DNA of 64,000 nt from the human T2T-CHM13v2.0 reference genome, Homo sapiens. Below, piece by piece: positions 54,986-64,000 of this stretch (its first letter is position 1; each line of letters opens with the position of its first letter). The notes beneath the pieces were generated by a model, which saw nothing but the letters and a program-made list of their open reading frames with translations, was not told the origin of the DNA and did not search any database. The stretch lies in assembly GCF_009914755.1 (NCBI RefSeq), contig NC_060932.1; one strand, 5' to 3'. The translations under genes were made by a program, and so were the position numbers.

Positions 54986-55104
54986 TACCCAATTCCATTT
55001 GAACTATAGTAGCCTGCATGTAGAGCAAAAGGAATGACCACAGCTCATAGAGAAACAGTATACTCAAGAATGCTAGTAAATTTAAAAATAAAAAAATCAT
55101 TAAA

Positions 55105-55591
55105 TTTTTTATTTTAGGTTCAGGGCTACATGTGCAGGTTTGTTATATAGGTAATTAATTTCGTGTCACGTGCATTCATTGTACAGATTATTTTGTCATC
55201 CCAGTGCTAAGCCTAGTACCCAGTAGTTGTTTTTTTCTTCTCCTTTTACTCCTCCCACCCTCCCCCTACAGGTAGGATCCAGTGTCTTTTTTCCCTCTTT
55301 GTGTCCATGTGTTTTCATCATTTAGCTCCCACTTATAAGTGAGAACATATGGTATTTGGTTTTCTGTTCCTGTGTTAGCTTGCTAAGGATGATGGCCTCC
55401 AGCTCCATCCATTTTCCTGCAAAGGACACGATCTTATTCTTTTCTGTGGCTGCATAGTATTCCATGGTGTATATGTGCCACATTTTCTTTATCCAGTCTA
55501 CCTTTCATGGGCATTTAGGTTGACTTCAAGTCATTGCTATTACGCACAGTGCTGCAATGAACATATGTGTGCATGTGTCTTTATGAGAATG
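55105..55591 (-). mobile_element. Older L1PA 3' fragment
   Basis: 'ttttaggttcagggctacatgtgcaggtttgtta'; TSD aaa(a/c)aatcatt. Confidence 0.92.
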
Positions 55592-55729
55592 AAACAATCA
55601 TTTTTTTAAACAAAGACTTTCATCATGATACACAGAGGGACATAGTTATTCTTGGAAATATTGAACTAACAGTTCATTATGTGCAAGTTTATATGATGGG
55701 AAGAAAAATTCAAAAATTTAACACTTTTG

Positions 55730-56050
55730 TTCTAAATCAATTGGCTTGGCAAATATCTCCTTTATTGCATGTCTTAAATTTTGTCTTATGAAACATGCCA
55801 TGTGAACAAAAGGGTATATAAACTGTATATGTCCAGTTTGAAGAATGATAATAAAATAAACATCCATATTCCCACCACCCTGGTTAAGATATAAATGATT
55901 ACCATAGAAGCCTCTTTGTGCTTTCTCTTCAGACAACCCATCACGCACCCCTCTTCCCAGGCTCACAGACATTATTTCTACTTTTAACAAGGATACATCT
56001 ATGAATAGGTAATAAATAAGGTATTGTTTAGTGTTTTCTAGATTGTATAG
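55730..56050 (-). mobile_element. L1ME-type 3' fragment
   Basis: 'aaaataaacatccatattcccaccaccctggttaagatataa'. Confidence 0.55.
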
Positions 56051-56059
56051 GATAATTTT

Positions 56060-57411
<1,352 letters not shown>

Positions 57412-58039
57412 TTAATCAATTTAAAAGCACTATATTACTTTATTAATAGAAATAGATGGCAGGGAAGAGGGGAAGTCCTTGGAATTATCATTAGATGTTC
57501 ATAGAAGTCAGACTGTACTGAGAAGGAAGAGAGGAAGATCACGGTTCATTCTTTGCTGGGAGAATTCTCAACAGCTTTTCTGAAGCTTGGCATTTTTGCA
57601 TGGATCAATTTGTTTCTTAGGGAAACGTGAAACTTCGTCATATCTGAGAAATCTTTGGTGCTAACAGCTGATTTATAGAATTCAAGTAAACAACTTATTT
57701 TAAATGTTAAGTCTTCCACAGCATAGATCTGCACACCATTTGCAGGAGCTGTATTTGTGGTTTTAGGGTTGTATAAAGTTAGAAGCAGCAAGGATCTTAT
57801 AGGTTGTGCTGTTGTGCTGTCTAAAAGCTCTGATCACTTGTCCCAGATGGGTGAGGAATTGCAGGCCTTGTCTAGTGGGTTATAGATACCTTTGGTTACC
57901 ATGGTTTAGAGTCATCTCTTCAGTCACATTGCCTGAGTTACAATTTGAGCTCTTCCAAAAGACCTTAAAACAGCAGTTTGGATCTATATTTCTAGTAGCA
58001 AATGTAGGAACAAAAGAACCGCAAAAAAAAAGAAAAAAT

Positions 58040-58950
58040 TCTTAAAGTGATCATCATACTCATATTATCCGCAATAGTTTTGGTACTGTCATTCTTGTGA
58101 CTATTGTGTATAGAGTAGAGTAAATTAAAAAAGTGATTGTGTGATCGGCGGATTCTTTCCTTGCTGGTGTCATTGAGAACAAAAACCACTAAGGTTTTGT
58201 CAAAAGGTTTCAGGAGACAACTTGAGTTTGGCCAATTATATAACACGTGAACATCAATAAAGATAACTGTAATAAATTTAAATACACATATAATGAAATC
58301 CATGAATTTACCATGAAACTGTTTATAACAGTTCTGAGAAAACAAACACATCTGCTCACCACAGAAGAATGCTAATGAATTCACTCGTCACTTTGAAAAC
58401 TGATACATAAAGGGAAAGGATCAATATTTATTTTGACGTTCCCATGAACTATATCATTGGATAATTGAATAATAGATATAGGGAAACAATCTTTATAGAA
58501 ATATCTCTGCTAATAAAATAAGAATGATGCAATTAGACTATTATCGTATGGCCTCTCCTGATAAACTGCTGGATCTAGGCACTGAACATAATGCAGTTAA
58601 CATTATAAAAAGAGAAATAACCAGCCATTACATACCACTAACTGAAGAGTGCACCACTGCTTCTAAAGTAGTCTTCCTAAAAAATCAAGCCTGAGTCTGA
58701 TCAATTCCCTACAACTGCCTGGCAATACAGGAAATTCAAAAGATGAAGGAATATATTTAACAACAGCAAGGAGATGTAATCAGTGGAATCCAGTCTATTG
58801 GAAGTTGCACAAGGCAAGTGACCTAGTTTCCTTAAAAATAAATTACGAGAAAAAAAAAACAGAGAAAGAGGGCACTTATAAATTCAAGAGACATCAACCA
58901 ATTGGAAAATGTGGACCTCATTTAGATCTTGATTCAAACAAGCAGGCTCT
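58040..58950 (+). mobile_element. L1MC-type 3' UTR fragment
   Basis: 'aaaatcaagcctgagtctgatcaa...tgacctagtttccttaa...tgtggacctcatttagatcttgattcaaaca'. Confidence 0.7.
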
Positions 58951-59004
58951 AAACGCCAAACAAAAGCACTAGCTTTCCTGTGGCTAATTAGACGCCTATT
59001 TAAA

Positions 59005-59165
59005 AATGTACATTTACTTATTCCCTCTAAGCCTCAGTTTCCTCATCTATATAGTGGAGACAATAAATATACCTTCTTTATAGGGCTTAATTGAAATGAA
59101 TGAAATCATGTTTGTAAAACACAATGCCTAGTACATTGTAAGGACTCAATAAATACTATTATTAT
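59005..59165 (+). mobile_element. MIR
   Basis: 'ctctaagcctcagtttcctcatctat...ctcaataaat'. Confidence 0.85.
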
Positions 59166-59449
59166 CACCAAAGTTGGTGTTAGAAGCTTGATAAGCAGTT
59201 TAGTATATGATTATCATATTTGAAAATTGAAAAATTAAAAAAAAAAGAGACAAGTTGGTAAGCCAAACAGGTTGGCAAGGGGGTAGCTGGTGTATAAGCA
59301 AGATAGATATAAGTTGTAAGAAAGTGAGAATGAGGAATACTTGTCCAGAGTTCTGGAATTATCCACAGCCTTCTAACCAAGTGCTCAGAGACTCTGGTGT
59401 GGGTTTGTCAAGAGTAGAGAACATGACTACCAAGGAGTGAACACACCCT

Positions 59450-59560
59450 GCAATGCGTTACTCACTAAGGCTGGGATTTGCTCAAGGCCTCACTTCCAGA
59501 CTGTGGCAGAGCTGCGACTCAAATCCAGATTTCTTGACTGCTGAGTTCAGTGCTCTTTTT
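59450..59560 (-). mobile_element. MIR fragment
   Basis: 'ttgctcaaggcctcac...gtggcagagctgcgactcaaatccag'. Confidence 0.7.
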
Positions 59561-59839
59561 TCTCCACCACACCCCATCATCACATACATATTTTATTAAG
59601 GTCAAAATGACAAAGAAAGTAGAGGTTTGGGTGTGAAGAACAAATTCTGATTTGTTTGCAATATTGTTAGAAGTGCTCCTGGAATAGGAAAACATAGTAA
59701 AGGATGCAAAAAGAGGGAGTAGACAATTTTGCATTTTTCTCCTATGCTACTTTTATATCTTTTAAGATATAAAAGACCAGATGAAAGTTGCCAGATGAAA
59801 CTCTATGTATGTAATTGATGCAATAGGAATAAAATCACA

Positions 59840-59990
59840 TACAATATCCTGAAAATAGCCTTGTGAATATAATAATAATATTATTGTGATCATCTTTCAG
59901 TTGAGGAAACGGGATTAGCAAAGTTAAATATCAGTTGAAATCACACAAGCAGAAGGGGGCACAGCTAGGACTTAAACCTAGCCAGCTGTC
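59840..59990 (-). mobile_element. MIR fragment
   Basis: 'cagttgaggaaac...cagctaggacttaaaccta'. Confidence 0.55.
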
Positions 59991-60655
59991 CGTTCCACCT
60001 TCACTGAGGTAACACATAGCCTTATAAAAGGGAAAGAGTTCTGGTATTTTTATGAATAGAGAAGTAAAATATTACTCATCCTTAAAAGAAACTGGAGTTT
60101 TTTTTAAGTGTTTCTCCTTGATTTCCTTTGAGAGTATGATTTTTAAACCATGAAATAAAATATTCCTTAAGGGCAAAGTAATAGTTTCAATAAGATTTCA
60201 GTTATTCCTGCTTTAAGTGCTCTGTGCACCTATTATTTCTTTAAGGGCCTACCCATTAAATAAATCTCATTAAACACACTGCCAGTATTACAATTACTTT
60301 TCTCATTATTTGCTGTTATTACCATTATGGAAATCATATATAAAAATTCTAGAAAATTGTCTTTTCTGGTTGTTAAAATAAAACATTGTATTTTAGGGAT
60401 GTCATTTTGTGTTTGAAACTTGATTTTAAGCTACATGTGAGTTAAGAAACTAGAAGGGATGAAGTCTAGACTGACCAGTGTTCAGAAACACGGAAATAAT
60501 TTTACCATGACTGCTAAGTCTTTGTCTCAAGATAAGTCATTTTATTCTCACTTGTGGTTAAAGAGAACTTTACAGAGAAAAACTGTAGACAGACTATAGA
60601 TGTTACGTCTCTCAAGGCATTTCTTCTCATCGTCTTTTTCTTAGAAGACCATCAA

Positions 60656-61069
60656 ATAGCAAAGTCATGAAATCAACCTAGGTACCCATCAACAGTGGAT
60701 TGGATAAAGAAAATGGGGTGCATGCACAATGCAATGCTTTGTAGTCATAGAAAAGAATAGAAAAGAACGCAGCTGGAGGCCATTATCCTAAGTGAATTAA
60801 CACAGGAACAGAAAACAAAATACTGTATGTCCTCACTTAAAAGCAGGAGCTAAACATTGGGTACTCATGAACATAAAGATGGCAACAACAGACACTGGGG
60901 ACTCCTAATGGGAGGGAGGGAGGTGAGTATTAAAAAACAGTTGGGTAATATGCTCAGTACTTGGGTGACAGGATCATTTGTCCCCCAAACCTCAGCATCA
61001 TGCAGTATACCCAGGTAACAAACCTGCACATGTACCCCCTAAATCTAAAATAAAAGTTGAAAAAAAAAA
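60656..61069 (+). mobile_element. L1PB4/L1MA-like 3' fragment
   Basis: 'aacctgcacatgtaccccctaaatctaaaataaaagttg' plus poly-A; TSD aagaccatcaa at 60645 and 61070. Confidence 0.9.
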
Positions 61070-61197
61070 AAGACCATCAAAACTTTAAGAGACATTTTTT
61101 GGCTTTGCTTTTTTGCTTTGGCCTGATGATGTTACAGAATCCCCCAGGGTGCAAGAGAAAAACCTTAATTATAGAATGAGAATTAGAGAAGATTGTT

Positions 61198-61499
<302 letters not shown>

Positions 61500-61637
61500 G
61501 AGAAGATTGTTTACATGGGAGAGAAACTCTTCCAAGATTCTTTTTGATAGCTCATGGATCACTACTATTTACAAAAAAAAAATACTGTTTTTTTTTGTCT
61601 CTTACTTTTGTACATCTTCATGCTATCTAACAAGCCC

Positions 61638-61976
<339 letters not shown>

Positions 61977-62129
61977 TGAATCCTCAAGTCTTGGCACCTC
62001 TGCACGATTGAGATTTGTCATGGATGGTTCAGAAATAATTTAAAAACATCAACCTATGTCATATTGGGATCAAGTTTACGAAAGGGATCTATGGATGTGA
62101 ATGAAAAGTACTTTAATTCTATCATGATT

Positions 62130-63575
62130 AAATATCTTTAACTCCCAGATCATTGTCACTTCAGCCTAAAAAGTCAGTGTAGGACTTTTCACAAAATAAC
62201 ATTACTCACAGAATTCCAACTTGTCATAGGTATTACAAGTATCATTGAATCCTCTGGGTAATAAGACCTAGTGCCAGAGCCATTGGCACTGCAGCCTGTA
62301 CCAGCTACAGACTTTCTTTAATTCTGGACTCCAGTGCAAAGTTTCATCCTTGATAAATGAATCAGAGCAACACACTCAAATATGCCGTCTGTTGATTTCA
62401 AAATTGGCTCACTCAAGTATCAGGCCTCTTCTGTATTAAATTTTTTAAAAAATGCTTTCATTTTTATAGATTCAGGGGGTACGTGTGCAGGTTTGTTATA
62501 TGGATATATTGCATAGCAGGAGTGGGGTTTGGGCTTCTAGTGTATTCATCAACTGAATAGTGAACATTGTACCCAATAAGTAATTTTTCAACCCTCACCC
62601 TCCTCCCACCTTATCCCCTTTTGGAGTCCCCAGTGTCTATTATTTCCCTCTGTAGGTCCACGTGCACACATTGTTTAGCTCCCACTTACTAGTGAGAACA
62701 TGCGATATTTGATTTTCTGTTTCTGAGTTATTTCACTTAGGATAATGGCCTCTGGTTCCCTCCATGTTGCTACAAAAGACATGATTAAATTTTTATGGCT
62801 GTGTCATGGTGTATTATGTATGATGTATTTTCTTTATCTAATCCACTGTTGATGGATACTTGGGTTGATTCCATGACTTTGTTATTGTGAATAGTGCTGT
62901 GATAAACATACAAGTGCAGGTGTCTTTTTGATATAACAGTTGATTTTCCTTTGGATAGTACCCAGTAGTGGGATTGCTGGATCAAATGGTAGCTCTATTG
63001 TTAGTTCTTTGAGAAATCTCTACACTGTTTTCCATATAGGTTATACTAATTTACATTAGCACCAGCAGTGTCTAAATGTTCCCTTTTCTTGCTAGTATCT
63101 GCTATTTTTTGTGTTTTTAATAATAGCCATTCTGACTGCTGTGAGATGGTATCTCATTTTGGTTTTATTTGCATTCCTCTGATTATTAGTGAGGTTGAGC
63201 ATTTTTTCATATGTTTGTTGTGGGCCTCTTTTGTACTGATAGGGGGTATATGGTAGAGCAACTTGTCTTTCACTTTGGAGACGATATCCAGCCCAGACTA
63301 CTGGACTTCCGGAAAGTTCACCGAGTTGAATCTTCTTGGAGTTTATTGCCCATCCTCTGTTACAACTATGTCTTGCCAAGGCATTTAGGCGGCCTGCTAC
63401 TTCTTGCTCACCAGGTTCTATCAGTATTATGTAATTGGTGGAGCAGTCCAGCATGACATTCTATGAGATGGTAAGACAACCGAGGTCCCTGTGAACAAAA
63501 TTATAGCCAAAGATTGGATAGCTGATGTGGCCCTGAAGCAAGAGAGTGAAATTATACTCCTGACTGAAAAGTGCA
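62130..63575 (-). mobile_element. Degenerate ERVL (HERV-L/ERVL-E-like) pol fragment split by an L1
   Basis: Minus-strand peptides QEYNFTLLLQGHISYPIFGYNFVHRDL, IILIEPGEQEVAGRLNALARHSCNRGWAINSKKIQ, SKVKDKLL and LVQAAVPMALALG align by eye to HERV-L RT/connection; has stops and frameshifts. Confidence 0.85.
62436..63222 (-). mobile_element. L1MA/L1PB-like 3' fragment inserted in ERVL pol
   Basis: 'gattcagggggtacgtgtgcaggtttgtta'; TSD ggcctctt(c/t)tgta at 62423 and 63223. Confidence 0.92.
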
Positions 63576-63695
63576 AGGAAACCACTTCTAAAAATTTCTG
63601 CTTCATACTTTAGAAAACAAAGCATTTTCGAGATGAGCACTGCATGCCAGGTGCTTCAGTATGTATTGGTTTGCTCTAGTAAAAAGACTACATCT

Positions 63696-64000
63696 GGCAA
63701 GTGCAGTGGTTCCTACCTGTAATCCCAGCACTTTGGGAGGCCAAGGTGGAAGGATCTCATGAGGCTAGGAGTTCAAGACCAGCCTGGGCAACGTAGCAAA
63801 ACTCTCTCCATAAATAAAAAATTAGCTAAGTGTGGTGGCACATGTCTATAGTGCCAGCTACTTGGGAGGCTGGGGTAGGAGGATCACTTGAATCCAGCAG
63901 TTTGAGACTGCAGTGAGCCATAATCACACCACTGCTCCAGCCTGGGTGACAGAGTGAGACCCTATCTCAAAAATAACTAACTAACTAAATAAATAAATAA
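63696..64000 (+). mobile_element. AluJ with (TAAA)n tail reaching the window edge
   Basis: Dimeric Alu with J-type 'ggaggatcacttgaa'. Confidence 0.92.

Noticed and set aside
57546-58045. Unique stretch with 79-81 aa ORFs, a possible processed pseudogene
   Set aside because: No recognisable parent protein, poly-A tail or TSD.
62270-62290. Stem agtgcca...tggcact
   Set aside because: It lies inside the ERVL pol relic, and a 7-bp stem is unremarkable.

Overview
This is eukaryotic, catarrhine-primate (very probably human) non-coding DNA, not a prokaryotic or accessory region. I find no protein-coding gene, tRNA/rRNA, CRISPR array or CpG island. The listed ORFs are mostly Alu/L1/LTR/microsatellite artefacts or chance ORFs. 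Roughly half of the window is recognisable transposon debris: about 30 Alu-family elements (AluJ, AluS, two AluY, one FLAM), 5'-truncated L1 fragments (L1PA/PB/MA/MB/MC/ME types), L2 and MIR fragments, solo LTRs (MER4, MLT1, MER77-like, LTR1, LTR33, MST, LTR8, THE1, MLT2) and DNA-transposon fossils (MER58B, MER2, MER5, MER102, MER20-like). Many have readable target-site duplications (TSDs) and clear nesting order. Two relics still translate into recognisable protein: an ERVL pol fragment split by an L1 (62.1-63.6 kb, minus) and a CR1/L3 ORF2 C-terminus (42.3-42.5 kb, minus). Between the repeats, several unique blocks are rich in homeodomain, POU, SOX, PBX/MEIS, RFX and E-box motifs (about 15.0, 29.4, 33.6, 37.8, 38.8, 41.0 and 54.4 kb), suggesting a developmental enhancer landscape. 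There are also weak hints of a plus-strand spliced non-coding RNA. Repeat subfamily names come from my recall of consensus sequences and need RepeatMasker/Dfam confirmation; most repeat boundaries are approximate. I cannot name the locus and cannot demonstrate a new biological system from sequence alone.
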